Shown here: positions 33,749 through 44,900 of the stretch, in pieces
Layout of the letters: every line of letters begins with the position of its first letter
How positions within the stretch are numbered: the first letter of the stretch is position 1
Notes under the pieces: model-generated
What the model was told of the DNA's origin: nothing
The model's input: the letters and a program-made list of their open reading frames with translations, nothing else
Database searches by the model: none
Program-made: the position numbers and the translations under genes
Assembly: GCA_963701095.1 (NCBI GenBank)
Contig: OY969564.1
Location: forward strand, 2,464,001 to 2,528,000
DNA: 64,000 nucleotides
Direction of reading: 5' to 3'
From: an uncultured Methanoregulaceae archaeon
Lineage (GTDB): Archaea; Halobacteriota; Methanomicrobia; Methanomicrobiales; Methanospirillaceae

Positions 33749-34243
33749 TTACTGCATATCCGCCATCTGCCTGGGCGTCAGTAACCATTGGAGATCACCG
33801 GAGGGTTTACGATCAAATGAATACGTTCGGATTTTTGCCATCCCTCCCTTTGTAAGAATAAGAGAGGCTGTGTCGCCACCGGTAATTATGGTTCCAATAA
33901 GACCGGATAACGCAGGCTCATGCCCGACGAGAATTATTGCCGCATCTTTGTCATACTGTGCAACGTGGGAAAACAGGGTTTCCTGGTTGCCTCCAGGGGA
34001 AAGTTCGTCCCAGACCTCAAGACGGCCCTTTTCTTTGAGGGTCCTTGCCACGATCTCCGCGGTTTCGTATGCGCGTGTGAGGGGGCTCGTCGCAATTACC
34101 TCAAACCGGATTTTTTTCGACCGTATCCATCGTGCTACTTTTCGGATATCGCTTCGCCCCTCAGAAGTAAGCTTCCGGTCACTATCTTCGGCACGATTGA
34201 ATGACTGCCCTGCTTTCCCGTGGCGGAGTATGTAAAGATCCAT
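33749..34243 (-). CDS. sixA: Phosphohistidine phosphatase SixA
   Basis: LYILRHGKA, D..R.LT..G, SP..RA.ETA, LVGHEP, LQWLLTP. Confidence 0.9.
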   Translation of the reverse strand: MDLYILRHGKAGQSFNRAEDSDRKLTSEGRSDIRKVARWIRSKKIRFEVIATSPLTRAYETAEIVARTLKEKGRLEVWDELSPGGNQETLFSHVAQYDKDAAIILVGHEPALSGLIGTIITGGDTASLILTKGGMAKIRTYSFDRKPSGDLQWLLTPRQMADMQ

Positions 34244-34380
34244 GAAGAAACCCTCCTTTGTCTTTATGAGTCAATCTCACGTTCACACGTATTTTCTTTT
34301 CTCCAATGGGGCTTTATGTCATTTTTAATCATTGCCAATCTTTAGGGGGAATCTCCTCGGCATTGGACGTTTTCCATCCG

Positions 34381-34869
34381 TCACTTTTTGTTATCCCCCT
34401 CGGCTTTTGAAAACAATTCTGCGAAACGTTCCATGGATTCAACAGCGCCACTCTCCATACCCGACTGGAGCGTGTTTTCCCTGTCACCGACTGTTTTGAA
34501 AAGAACCATATCGATAACCAGGGTCTTGCCATCCTGATCTTCCAGCGTCAACGTTTCGATCAGTTCGTGCCCCGGCATTCCTTCGTATTCGAACGTAGAA
34601 ACGAGTCTCTCGGGAGGAACGACCTCCCGGTATATACCATGAAAAGCGTAGGTATTGTTATCGGAATCCCGCTGGACAAACCGCCAGGTACCTCCCGGTT
34701 TTGTATCCATTTTATCGACTGTGGTCGTAAGACGTTTCGGGCCCCACCATTTTGGGATGAACCGGGGATCGGTTATAGTCCGGAACACAAGATCACGTGG
34801 CGCATCGAAAACTCGTGATATGACAATTTCTTTTTTTCCAGGTTCTGCAACAAACCGGGTTTTTGCCAT
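34381..34869 (-). CDS. SRPBCC/AHSA1-like ligand-binding protein
   Basis: ISRVFDAPRDLVF...DP..I.KWWGP, PGG.WRF, G.YREVVPPERLV.T. Confidence 0.9.
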   Translation of the reverse strand: MAKTRFVAEPGKKEIVISRVFDAPRDLVFRTITDPRFIPKWWGPKRLTTTVDKMDTKPGGTWRFVQRDSDNNTYAFHGIYREVVPPERLVSTFEYEGMPGHELIETLTLEDQDGKTLVIDMVLFKTVGDRENTLQSGMESGAVESMERFAELFSKAEGDNKK

Positions 34870-35280
34870 AGTAGTCCACTGTGCTGAAGATAACGATATA
34901 GCTTATTATCATGATATTCCGGAAGGGGTTTTGTGTCACACTCGATACATTGTCCGAAATGTCCCGAAATAAAAATAATCACGAAGATAAGGAAAAAGAG
35001 CCGGGCATGTGGGTCTTATGCCCGGGGAAGCTCAATGGAATCTCTGGGTGCTTTCCTGTTGACCGTGCTGGTACGGTCAAACCCTGTGAACCGAATATGC
35101 ATAAAAAAGTCGTGGTCACTTTCTATTTTTTGGAACTACGGTTAGATTAATTCTCTCTTATCGTCAGAAAAAGAAATAATGGTCGTGATAGATAAATACA
35201 CATCTCTCTCGTGGCATTCAGATCCTGTAATAATCTGTCAAAATAGGAAACAGAACGTCTGAATAATCCCTAATGTCCGT

Positions 35281-36300
35281 TGGTCATTTTCAAAATATGT
35301 TATAAAATCTGACAATCAGACAAGACTCTATTAAACGGCAGTTTGAATCAACTAATCGGGTGAATGAAATGATAACATCGACAGAAATGCAAGCCAGAAT
35401 TCAATCTGCGGGAACGTATGGATTGCCACAAGTGGCCGGGAATGAACTGGATGAAATTGCCATGTTCCATAAATTCTTATCCATGCATGTGCGGCGTAAC
35501 CGGATTAAAAGCGTTCAGCGTGCATTGCTCTGGTCGGAATGGGTCCGGTTTCACCTGAAACAGACAAATACGTTTCCCCGTTATATATTCGAAAATGAGT
35601 TTGATAACATAATGACGGGAAAATTAAATATCAACGTTGTGACCGAGGATTTTTTCGGGCACATGTACGATGGCATTCAGTTTATCTCAGGGGAGACTTC
35701 TAAAAAGAAGTGAACGTTGGATTATTCAAAAACTGGTGAGCACCGCCGCATGTAAAAGATGGCTCCATTATTGTTTAGGTGCGATCACGTTTCTTGGCGA
35801 TCGCGTTGTATATTCTATATGTCGAAAGATCACCAATTTTGACATCATTCTGATTTTCGGGCGGTAGAACATCCGGATTATAAATATATGGTGGCAATTT
35901 TCAAAATATGTTATTTATTTTGACAAATAGACAAGATTCTATTAAAAGGCAGGTTTAGATCAACCAATCAGGTGATTACCATTATCACATCGACCGAAAT
36001 GTCAGCCAGAATTCAATCTTCCAAAATGAACGGAATAACGGATTTGAACAATAAAGAATTGGATGAAATGTCTTTGTTCAGTAAATTTTTATCACAGCAT
36101 GTTCGGCGTAACCAGATAAAGAGTGTTCAACGGATGCTACTTTGGTCGGAGTGGGTCCGATTTTATCTGAAAAAGACAAACACGTTTCCCGACCAGATAT
36201 GCGAGCAGGAATTTGACGAAATAATAACGGGGAAATTAAATATTAACGTCGTCAGTGAAAATTTTTTCGGGCAGATGTACTACGGAATTCAGTTTATCCC
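35281..36300 (+). repeat. Tandem duplication of an upstream region + gene unit (~35281-35690 and ~35892-36300)
   Basis: Both copies share TTTTCAAAATATGTTAT, TGACAA..AGACAAGA.TCTATTAAA.GGCAG, ATCAAC.AATC.GGTGA and collinear coding sequence. Confidence 0.9.
35360..35713 (+). CDS. Small protein resembling the D5/P4-primase C-terminal (RFX-like) winged helix, copy 1
   Basis: FL..HV......V....LW.EW..F........F...M.......G..Y.GIQF pattern; fold call is by eye. Confidence 0.65.
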   Translation: MNEMITSTEMQARIQSAGTYGLPQVAGNELDEIAMFHKFLSMHVRRNRIKSVQRALLWSEWVRFHLKQTNTFPRYIFENEFDNIMTGKLNINVVTEDFFGHMYDGIQFISGETSKKK

Positions 36301-36367
36301 GGGAGATCATGGCGAAACGAGTGAAAACCAGTGGTGGGATTTCCATACTGTCGTCAAAGCTTCGTAG
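35972..36367 (+). CDS. Small protein resembling the D5/P4-primase C-terminal (RFX-like) winged helix, copy 2
   Basis: Clear paralogue of 35360-35713 with a longer C-terminal tail. Confidence 0.65.
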   Translation: MITIITSTEMSARIQSSKMNGITDLNNKELDEMSLFSKFLSQHVRRNQIKSVQRMLLWSEWVRFYLKKTNTFPDQICEQEFDEIITGKLNINVVSENFFGQMYYGIQFIPGDHGETSENQWWDFHTVVKAS

Positions 36368-36412
36368 CGAATGTTTGCGGTTTCCATGTCCCAATCCATG
36401 AGGGATTTCTGA

Positions 36413-37513
36413 ATGTCCGGCGAATCGATTCTCGTTGTAGAAGATAACGGAATCATCGCACTTGAGATTGGAGAAATGCTGGAGAAGCACGGGTACCGGT
36501 TGTCCGGCACTACGGCATATGGTGAAGATGCAGTGCAAACAGCGGAGAAAAATCCACCTGATCTTATTTGCATGGATATTGAGTTACAGGGAGAGATCGA
36601 TGGCATTGAAACTGCCCGGATGATACATGAACACGCCGATATACCTGTTATTTACCTGTCTTCTTACGCAGACAAAAAACACGTTAGCCGGGCAAAAGAG
36701 ACTACGCCTTACAACTATATTATCAAGCCTTTTAATGAAGAGGACCTTCTTTTATCCGTAGATCTGGCACTTCACCGGCATGCAATCGATCAACAGATTA
36801 AAGAGACTATTATAGAAAGGGAGCGTGCGGAGAAGGCATTACTTCAGGCGAACAAGCAACTTAACCTTCTTTCCAGCATTACACGGCACGATATAACCAA
36901 TAAACTGGCGGTTTTACAAGGGTATCTCACTTTATTGGAAAAGAGCAGGCTCGATCCCCCGTTCGATGAGTATTTCCAGAAGGCCAAAACATCAGCAAAC
37001 CAAATAATCTCAATGATTCAGTTCACCAAGGAATATGAATCGATTGGAATCAAGGCTCCGGTCTGGCAGGATTGCCGTAAACTTGTAGTCACCGCGATAA
37101 AGAAATCCACTTTTAAGAACATCCTGGTGATAAACAATATTCCCGCCGGAACAGAAGTATTCGCCGATGCTCTTGTGGAGAAGGTCTTCTACAACCTTAT
37201 CGAAAATGCTTTTCGGTATGGTGGCGGAAAAATGACACAGATCCAGTTCTTTACTTCTGGTACGGATAAAGGGCTTATCATCGTATGTGAAGATAACGGG
37301 AATGGGATCAGCAAAGAAGACAAAAAACATCTTTTCGAGAGAGGATATGGGAAAAACTCCGGGCTTGGCCTTTTTCTCTCCCGTGAGATTCTCTCTATTT
37401 CGGGAATTTCTATTACGGAAACCAGCGAACCCGGCAATGGTGCCCGGTTCGAAATTGTCGTACCGAAAGGAATGTACCGGTTTACCGACGCTTCATGCCT
37501 GGAATGTGAGTGA
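36413..37513 (+). CDS. Hybrid receiver-histidine kinase
   Basis: REC (VVED, CMDI, KPF); ITRHDITN; NLIENA, EDNGNG, LFERG, GLGL. Confidence 0.92.
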   Translation: MSGESILVVEDNGIIALEIGEMLEKHGYRLSGTTAYGEDAVQTAEKNPPDLICMDIELQGEIDGIETARMIHEHADIPVIYLSSYADKKHVSRAKETTPYNYIIKPFNEEDLLLSVDLALHRHAIDQQIKETIIERERAEKALLQANKQLNLLSSITRHDITNKLAVLQGYLTLLEKSRLDPPFDEYFQKAKTSANQIISMIQFTKEYESIGIKAPVWQDCRKLVVTAIKKSTFKNILVINNIPAGTEVFADALVEKVFYNLIENAFRYGGGKMTQIQFFTSGTDKGLIIVCEDNGNGISKEDKKHLFERGYGKNSGLGLFLSREILSISGISITETSEPGNGARFEIVVPKGMYRFTDASCLECE

Positions 37514-37796
37514 TTAATTAAAAACTTCGCGCTCGTTGATATCGAAATCCGGGAAAAAGTCATTTTAGGATAATGACACGGAGAAATCTTATAGCATTTT
37601 TTTACTACCGCCACCGCGTTGTAAGGGTTTTTGTTGTAAACGGTAATTTTCTCCTTTCAAGATTACGCTGCTATTGTTGAGCATCTTCATCCCTTTACTT
37701 AAAGAAACAGATCTCTTTTTATTGGTGACTGACGGCTAAAAACTACGAAACAAACGAATTTTTATTTCTTCAAAAAATGGAATGGTGCATTAACTC

Positions 37797-39500
37797 ATGT
37801 CGCTACCTGAAGAAAGCACCCCGAGAACGAAGAAACTCCCGATTCTCCAAGGGATTCTTCCTCTCAAAATATCACAGGTACCTTGGGATATTATTGCCGG
37901 GATAACTTTAGCGGCGCTTGCAATTCCACAGGTAATGGGATACGCAAGAATCGCCGGAATACCTGTCGTCTTCGGTCTGTACACCCTTCTGATTCCTCTG
38001 GCAGTGTTCGCGATTTTTGGAGCTTCCCGCCATCTCGTTGTCGCAGCAGATTCTGCAACCGCTGCCATCCTTGCAGCCGCCCTTGTGACTATGGCTCTCC
38101 CCGATTCGCCCCAATACGTTACTCTTGCAAGCATGGTTGCGTTACTTTCTGCGGGATTCTTAATTCTTGCATATCTCTTTAAACTCGGTTTTATCTCAGA
38201 TTTTCTCTCCCGAACTGTCCTGATTGGGTTTTTAACGGGAGTCGGGATACAGATTGCGTTGAGTCAGATTGCCGGGATGTTTGGAGTTTTGCAAGTGGGG
38301 AGCAACCCCCTCATTCAGATCGTAAATTTGTTCACCGAAGAAATCAGCAGTATGAATGAATTCACGATTTTACTTTCACTCCTTGTCCTTGCTATTATTC
38401 TGGGGGGTAGAAGAGTTATGAAAAAAGTGCCCTGGCCTTTCCTCGTAGTCATTGGGACTATTATCGCAAGCTGGGCTTTTTCTTTTGAAAGCTATGGCAT
38501 AAAAACGATCGGCTCTATTCCTGCGGGACTGCCCGTGCTTGCATTTCCAGCCGTCCCCCTTGATAAAATCCCCGATCTTCTTGGTGTTGCTGCTACCTGT
38601 TTCGTAGTGATTCTCGCTCAAAGTGCAATAACATCGCGGGCATATGCAATACAACACGGAGAACACTTTGATGATGAAGGAGATCTTGTAGGGTTGGGGC
38701 TTTCAAACGTGGCAGCCGGTATATCGGGCACTTTCGTTGTCAACGGAAGCCCGACGATGACTGAAATCACTGACAGTTACGGTAGTATGTCACAGCTTGC
38801 CCAGCTTGTTGCGGCTGGCGTAGTTCTCGGAGTATTATTATTTTTTACCCCACCTCTTTCCTATCTGCCCAGTGCAGTACTAGCGACCATTGTGTTTGCC
38901 ATCGGTGTTCACCTCACCGATCTCCAGGGTATGAAAAATCTGCTTGACCGTCGTCCCGTTGAATTTATGGTGGCGCTTGCAACGGCACTGACCGTGATCT
39001 TTGTCAGCGTGGGATGGGGCATAGCTCTTGCGATATTGCTCTCAATGCTAGCCCACCTCCGTCATAGTTACCATCCCCGGAACTTTCTCCTTGTCGAATC
39101 ACCAAACCGGGGGTGGGCATTAAAATCTATCGAATCCGGAAGCCTGGCTGCACCGGGACTTGCGATATACCAATTCGGAGCAAACCTGTATTATGCGAAT
39201 GAAGAACGGTTCATAAGTGATATTCTCGAAATCGTGAAAAATGCCGGCCCGTCGTTGAAATGGATCTGCATTTCGGCGTTATCCATTCAGGATGTAGATT
39301 ATTCCGGCTCTGAAGCTCTTAAGCAGATTATTAGCGAACTCAAAAAACGGGGTATAGTTCTCGTCCTGAGCAATGTAGAAGAAGCGGTAAAACGTCAATT
39401 GGAACGCGACAAAATTATTGATCTTATCGGAAAGGAACACTTCTTCGAGTTCAACAAAGATGCCTTGGTAACGTATCGAAAAATAATGGGAATCTCCTGA
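37797..39500 (+). CDS. SulP/SLC26 anion transporter with STAS domain
   Basis: DIIAGITLAALAIPQ.MGYA.IAG.P...GLY, GFLTGVG; STAS LYYAN...DVDYSG. Confidence 0.93.
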   Translation: MSLPEESTPRTKKLPILQGILPLKISQVPWDIIAGITLAALAIPQVMGYARIAGIPVVFGLYTLLIPLAVFAIFGASRHLVVAADSATAAILAAALVTMALPDSPQYVTLASMVALLSAGFLILAYLFKLGFISDFLSRTVLIGFLTGVGIQIALSQIAGMFGVLQVGSNPLIQIVNLFTEEISSMNEFTILLSLLVLAIILGGRRVMKKVPWPFLVVIGTIIASWAFSFESYGIKTIGSIPAGLPVLAFPAVPLDKIPDLLGVAATCFVVILAQSAITSRAYAIQHGEHFDDEGDLVGLGLSNVAAGISGTFVVNGSPTMTEITDSYGSMSQLAQLVAAGVVLGVLLFFTPPLSYLPSAVLATIVFAIGVHLTDLQGMKNLLDRRPVEFMVALATALTVIFVSVGWGIALAILLSMLAHLRHSYHPRNFLLVESPNRGWALKSIESGSLAAPGLAIYQFGANLYYANEERFISDILEIVKNAGPSLKWICISALSIQDVDYSGSEALKQIISELKKRGIVLVLSNVEEAVKRQLERDKIIDLIGKEHFFEFNKDALVTYRKIMGIS

Positions 39501-39606
39501 AATTGTTCGATGGATCAAAAAGAGAAGTCCCATAAAATTTGTTGGAATCGCCACTCCGACGGCTTTTCAACAATATTTAAATAAAAAGGGAAAACAGTGA
39601 GGATTG

Positions 39607-39840
39607 ATGGCCATGGACCGAAGAAAAGGGATCGAGCGTTGTCTCTGCCGGGAGTGCCCGACTTTTGTTGATTGTAAAGAAGAGGTCGCGTATTGTCTGG
39701 GAAATACCGGAAAGAGCACCTGTATAATGGAAGAACAGGGTTGCCTCTGCCCCGGATGCCCGGTACTTGAAGAAGAGGGATTTTCGTATGTCTATTACTG
39801 CACCAGAGGAACCGAAACAGACCAGCTTGCCCCCAGGTAA
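39607..39840 (+). CDS. Cys-rich DUF2769-like protein
   Basis: CLCRECPTF..C...YC...GKS.CI....GCLCPGCPV........YYC..G. Confidence 0.8.
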   Translation: MAMDRRKGIERCLCRECPTFVDCKEEVAYCLGNTGKSTCIMEEQGCLCPGCPVLEEEGFSYVYYCTRGTETDQLAPR

Positions 39841-40621
39841 GGTCTGGAAATGTCACGTATGCGGATTCATCTACCGGGGTGAGAGTCCTCCGGAAGAATG
39901 CCCGCAATGTGCCAGTACATACCGTGAATATGAAGAAATTACCGATACAAAGAAACTCAGGTATGACAGGGAAAAATTCGATGTCCTTCTCATCAACGGC
40001 AGCAATCACCGGGCGAATAATACCGGGTACATGGTTGATCTCATCGAAGAGGTCCTCAAAGAAAAGGGCGTGAGTTACCGGCGATATAACCTTAATGAAT
40101 TCACTATTAACCATTGCTGGTGCTGTTACAGTATGCGGGACAATGCATGCAGGTATCCATGCCGTGACCAGCTGGATGATATGCCGGCGTTCCATGAGAT
40201 GATCATCGCTGCAAAGGGAGTCATTGTTGCCTCCCCTATAAACTGGAACAATATGGCAGCACGGCTCAAGGATTTCCTCGACCGGTTAAACTGCATCCAG
40301 AACCTCTACCTGTTAAAAAAGCCGGGATTAACGGAAGGTAAAATAGTGGGTATTACGGTTTCCGGTCATGAAGATGGTGCGACGAAAACCGCGATGGACA
40401 TTTACCTCTATTTTCAGCAGATGGGGTATATTCTCGCACCTTTCGGCATCTCATACCGCACGCACGGGGCACAGTTTAACACGAATACTGATACGGAATA
40501 TCTCAAGAGTGATCCACTTGTGAATCAAAAAGTCAAAGGAATGGCTTACAACGTAATAGAAATGCTATCTCTTGATATTGAAGGAAAGGTGAAAGGGAAA
40601 CTGGTACCTGTCTGTGAATGA
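39788..40621 (+). CDS. Rubredoxin-like domain fused to an iron-sulfur flavoprotein / FMN-reductase domain
   Basis: WKCHVCGFIY...PPEECPQC; INGS....NT, CWCC...C..PC, DDM, ASPINW, K.FLDR. Confidence 0.85.
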   Translation: MSITAPEEPKQTSLPPGKVWKCHVCGFIYRGESPPEECPQCASTYREYEEITDTKKLRYDREKFDVLLINGSNHRANNTGYMVDLIEEVLKEKGVSYRRYNLNEFTINHCWCCYSMRDNACRYPCRDQLDDMPAFHEMIIAAKGVIVASPINWNNMAARLKDFLDRLNCIQNLYLLKKPGLTEGKIVGITVSGHEDGATKTAMDIYLYFQQMGYILAPFGISYRTHGAQFNTNTDTEYLKSDPLVNQKVKGMAYNVIEMLSLDIEGKVKGKLVPVCE

Positions 40622-40643
40622 TGTTAGAACCCCATTTTCCGAC

Positions 40644-40763
40644 TCATGAATAGGGATGGATGCGATTAAACAGCCAGACTTTCACGATATCATTTACTAC
40701 AAAGAAGAAGAGCGCGTAGCCCCATACAAGGAGTGCGAGGAACACACCGATAGGTGATAATAA
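40644..40763 (-). pseudogene. Relic of the C-terminus of a P3A-type H+-exporting P-type ATPase
   Basis: Manual translation: LLSPIGVFLALLVWGYALFFFVVNDIVKVWLFNRIHPYS*; no start codon or upstream body. Confidence 0.6.
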
Positions 40764-40845
40764 CTTCTCGGGAATTATGTAACCTTCTCTAACTTATTAC
40801 GTCGAAAAAATTCATATTTTATTGAATTTTTCCTATTAGTACCGA

Positions 40846-41473
40846 TCAGACTGTTTCAGATATCATGAGTTGAGAGCTAGCGGAATTCGTAAGCGAGGCA
40901 CCAAGGGAAAATCCCTTATTATAAGCAGTATTGAGAAGATCTTGACGGGTTGTTATATCTTTGATCCTGTCCATATTGCTGATGAGTAATTCGTCATAAT
41001 ACGGGCTATCGATGATCTCGAAAAACGCCCGGGCCGTTTGTTTTGTTCCGTTGAACACACCGGGAATATCCATTCCGGAAAGACCGATAAAGAGACTTTT
41101 CCTTTTCTTTTTGAGCGCCGGCGAGACAAGAGGCTCGTTCCGGAAGTACTTCGCCATGTAGAAGACCTGAAACCGGTCGATAAACGATTTGAGGTGCCCG
41201 GGTATCCCCATCGTCATGACCGGTGTGGCAAGGATCAGGCTATCCATAAATGCAAACTTTGGATAGATCGAGATCATATCGTCGTTCAAGAGACAAGTAT
41301 CATGATCCTTGCAATAATAAATCTCCTGACAGACTCTGGATGTCCAGACCGATTACATCGATAAGCTCTACTTCACAGCCGGCTGCCTTTGCTCCCTCAA
41401 GGGCCTTATCGAGCAACAGGGCGGTATTGCCTTGCGGAATCGGGCTCCCCAGAATCCCAATGATCTTTGGCAT
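40846..41473 (-). CDS. Iron-sulfur flavoprotein / flavodoxin family; one apparent extra base at ~41333
   Basis: MPKIIGILGSP...GNT; removing one base restores CQEIYYCKDHDTC...DDM; ATPV, LKSFIDR.Q (208 aa). Confidence 0.85.
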
Positions 41474-41548
41474 ACGTGAAATTGAGAGGAGGAGTGAAAT
41501 TATAGTTTTGTATAGGTACGATAATCAAGTGGGATTGATACTGAACAA

Positions 41549-41914
41549 TTACCTTTGGAAGATCTTCTCTATTGCAGCGAGAAGATCTTTTTCCAAATAT
41601 GGCTTGCCGAGATAACCACAGGATGATATGCTTTAACCTCTTCGATTTTAATTAAATTCACATATGCAGTGAGAAATGGGATCAGGATATTATACCGTTG
41701 CGGATTTTCCGGGCAGTTCGACTCCATCAGGAGAACCAGCAAGCCCGATGTCCATAAGGATAAGATCAGGTTCGGGGATTTTTCGAGTGCTTTAAGCACC
41801 ATCTCACCTGAATATATGGGGCCAATAATCTTGTATCCGGCATTTTCCACTGTCTCAACAATGTGGAGGGATGAGACCGGTATCTTCTACAATCTGGACG
41901 GTTTGCCCGGTCAT
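41549..41914 (-). pseudogene. Decayed stand-alone response regulator
   Basis: ATG overlaps the kinase stop; REC pieces (IVED, PDLILMDIGL, FLTAY, YLGKPY.EKDL) are spread over several frames. Confidence 0.8.
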
Positions 41915-44900
41915 GGATTATTCTTGGTATTTTTCAGACGGAAGATAAACTCAGTTCCTTTATCCCGTTGAATCGAAATCTCGGCCAGCAGCTGGTGTCG
42001 GGAAAGGAAGTTCACCAGCTTAAGGCCAAGTGATTTTGAGGAGAAGGGATCAAAACTTTCCGGAAATCCGCATCCATTATCGGAAACTCTCAACACATCG
42101 GTTCCATCTTCCTTAGCAAGAGAGACCCGGATTGTGCACGGTGCTCCGCGAAGCGCCATACAGTCAAAATCCGGTGGGAATGCGTACTTGAACGAATTTG
42201 TTACCAGTTCGTTGATAATCAGCCCAGCCGTTGTTGCCCGGTCAATACTCAGGGTTCCATCAACTCCGACATATATTTTAATGTCAGAGCGTATTCCGTA
42301 CGATTGGGCAATCTGATCGACAAGATTTTTTAGGTAGATGCTCATATCCACATTTGAAAATTTCCCGGTCCGGTAAAGGGTCTCATGGATCAGAGCCATG
42401 CTCCGGGCCCGGTTCTGGAGGTCTTTACGTAATGCACGCCCGCTTTCGGAGTCCTCATACGAACCATCAAGACTCAGAAGCGAGATGAACGCGGTTAGGT
42501 TATTCTTGACCCGGTGGTGAATCTCGGAGAGAAGGACCTCTTTTTCGGCAAGTGCCGTTTGTAGTTCCTTTTCCCGAAGGGCAAGTTCTTCGACATTTTG
42601 GTGAAGTTCCTCTTCTGATGCTGTGAGTTCTTCGTTTATTTCATTGAGTTCTGCATTTTTACGGATTACTTCATTTTCGGCTTTCTTTCTTTCGGTGATA
42701 TCGTGAGAGATCGCACCTACACCATATATCTGGCCATGAATGTCCACGAGCGGAAACTTGTTTGAGAGGAAGATATGGTGACGGTCCGGGAGATCAGCCT
42801 CTTCTTCAATTTGGATTGGTTTACCCGTGTTTACTACTTTTTTGTCGTGAGATCTCCAATAATCAGCCAACTCCTTTGGTGCAATGTCATAATCGGTTTT
42901 GCCTTTCAGCTCTTGCCTTGACTTTCCAAGCATTCTCTCCAGAGCTGAATTGATTGAAATGAACTTTCCCTCGAGATCTTTGAGAAAAATCGGAGAAGGA
43001 CTGCCTTCCATAACCTCTTCCAGGAGCCGGATGTTATTCTGCAACGCTTCCTCTCCTTTTTTGATATCCGTAATATCACGGCCGACCACTACCGAACCAA
43101 CGATTGACGCGTTTTTGTCACGGATCGGGCCGAAGCTATAACTTCCCACCCAGGTCTCACCCGTATCCTTCCGCTTGAGCCGGTATTCGATGTTAGTGGC
43201 AGATTCACCTCGCAACGCCCGCGGAACTGCCCACATATCAAGTGGTGCCAGAGTTCCATCTGCCATATACACATCAAGGAACTCAGGATATTCTGAAAGG
43301 GTTGTAGCGCATTCGTCCCGGTTCCGGAACTTGTGGAACGTGGCAAATGCATCGTTGAATTGGATGAAACGCCCCTTAGTATCTGATATAAACACGGCAT
43401 CAGTCATACTATCCAGCGCTGCATCCAGTTTCGCCCTCGTTTCCCGGAGGGCTTCTTCAGTTTTCTTGAGATCCGTGATGTCACGATTGGTTTCCAGCAC
43501 TAAATCGAAGCCATCACTGTCATGGATAAGCTGATGCCTGGAATTGACAATTATCTCACGGCCATCTTCAGTACGGTGGCGAAGCTCACCCTCCCACATG
43601 CCTTTTTCCCGAATCTCGGTCTCGATCTGGTCCCACGGTTTGGGGTGAATGGTTGCCAGTAATTTGTGAGTGATCTTGCCACACACTTCATTTTCAGTGT
43701 ACCCATACAACAGCTCGGCACCACGATTCCAGCTCTCGATGCCACCATCCAGGCGCCACACAATAATGGCATCGTACGACAGCCTCAGAAGTTCGGCCTG
43801 ACGACGCTGTATCGCCTCAGAACGCGTGAGTTCTTCGAGATTTTGGCGCATTTCTTCCTGTATAGAGCTGAGCTCTTCATTGAGTTCATTGAGATTGTCT
43901 CTTTCCAGCCTCAATTCAAATTCAGCTTTTTTGAGTCCGGTAATATCCATACCGTAAATTCGCACCCGCTGAATTTCCGGCAGATAATGAATTGACTGCT
44001 GATAGCACCGGTCACCTACCCAGACTTCCCGAAACGTCAAATTCGTCGTACCTTGGATCAATTCTGTGAAAGTACTCTCAAGATTTGCTAAGAATGGGTG
44101 ATTATTCATCTGAAGATCGGGAAACAGCCCTACAGCTGAAGGATTGTTGTACAGGATATGGCCACTAACGTCAATCTCGATAATCGGGTTTGTGTTCTTT
44201 TCCGGAAACGATGATAACCGCAGGAGGCTCGCCTCCGTTCTTTTACGTTCGGTGAGGTCACGCAGGATGCAGGTACTTATCCACGTACCTGCTACCAGGT
44301 TCCAGGAACACGCTAGTTCCAGGGGGAATAAATTGCCCTCTTTTCTCCTGGCTGAAATCTCCACTGATTTTGGAGTAGGGGACCTCGTTTCAGGAGGTTC
44401 CGGGTTCGGGAAACTGTTTTTTACGACGTTTGTGAATTCGTCCGGGATAACCCTGTGAAAAAAAGAGGATCCTGTTGCTTCGGCTGATGTGTATCCGAAC
44501 ATCTTTTCAGCGGCCCGGTTCCATACGATTATCCTGTCCTCAGAATCAAAGACTACGATGGCGTCAGTTGCAGTATCAATGAGCGTCTTGTAATTCGTCT
44601 CGGATTCACCAAAGAACCGGGATAACATTTCGCTGACCTGAATGCCAGTTCGATGAGCGCTTATGTTAAGGGAAATAAATGCGATAAGAAGATAGGCTCC
44701 CCCAATATACTGGGCTGACCTTCCGATCCAACCAAGTGGGCTACCGAGTACTGAAGGGAAATGGACTGCGAGGAGACCAAGCCCGATCAGTTCCATTCCG
44801 ATCGAGTACCAGAAGAAAAAATTCTCATGTTTCTTGAAATACAACCAGAGGAGAATCCCTGCTGAAAGGACGAAGAATTCAATCGCACTGGTGATGATGA

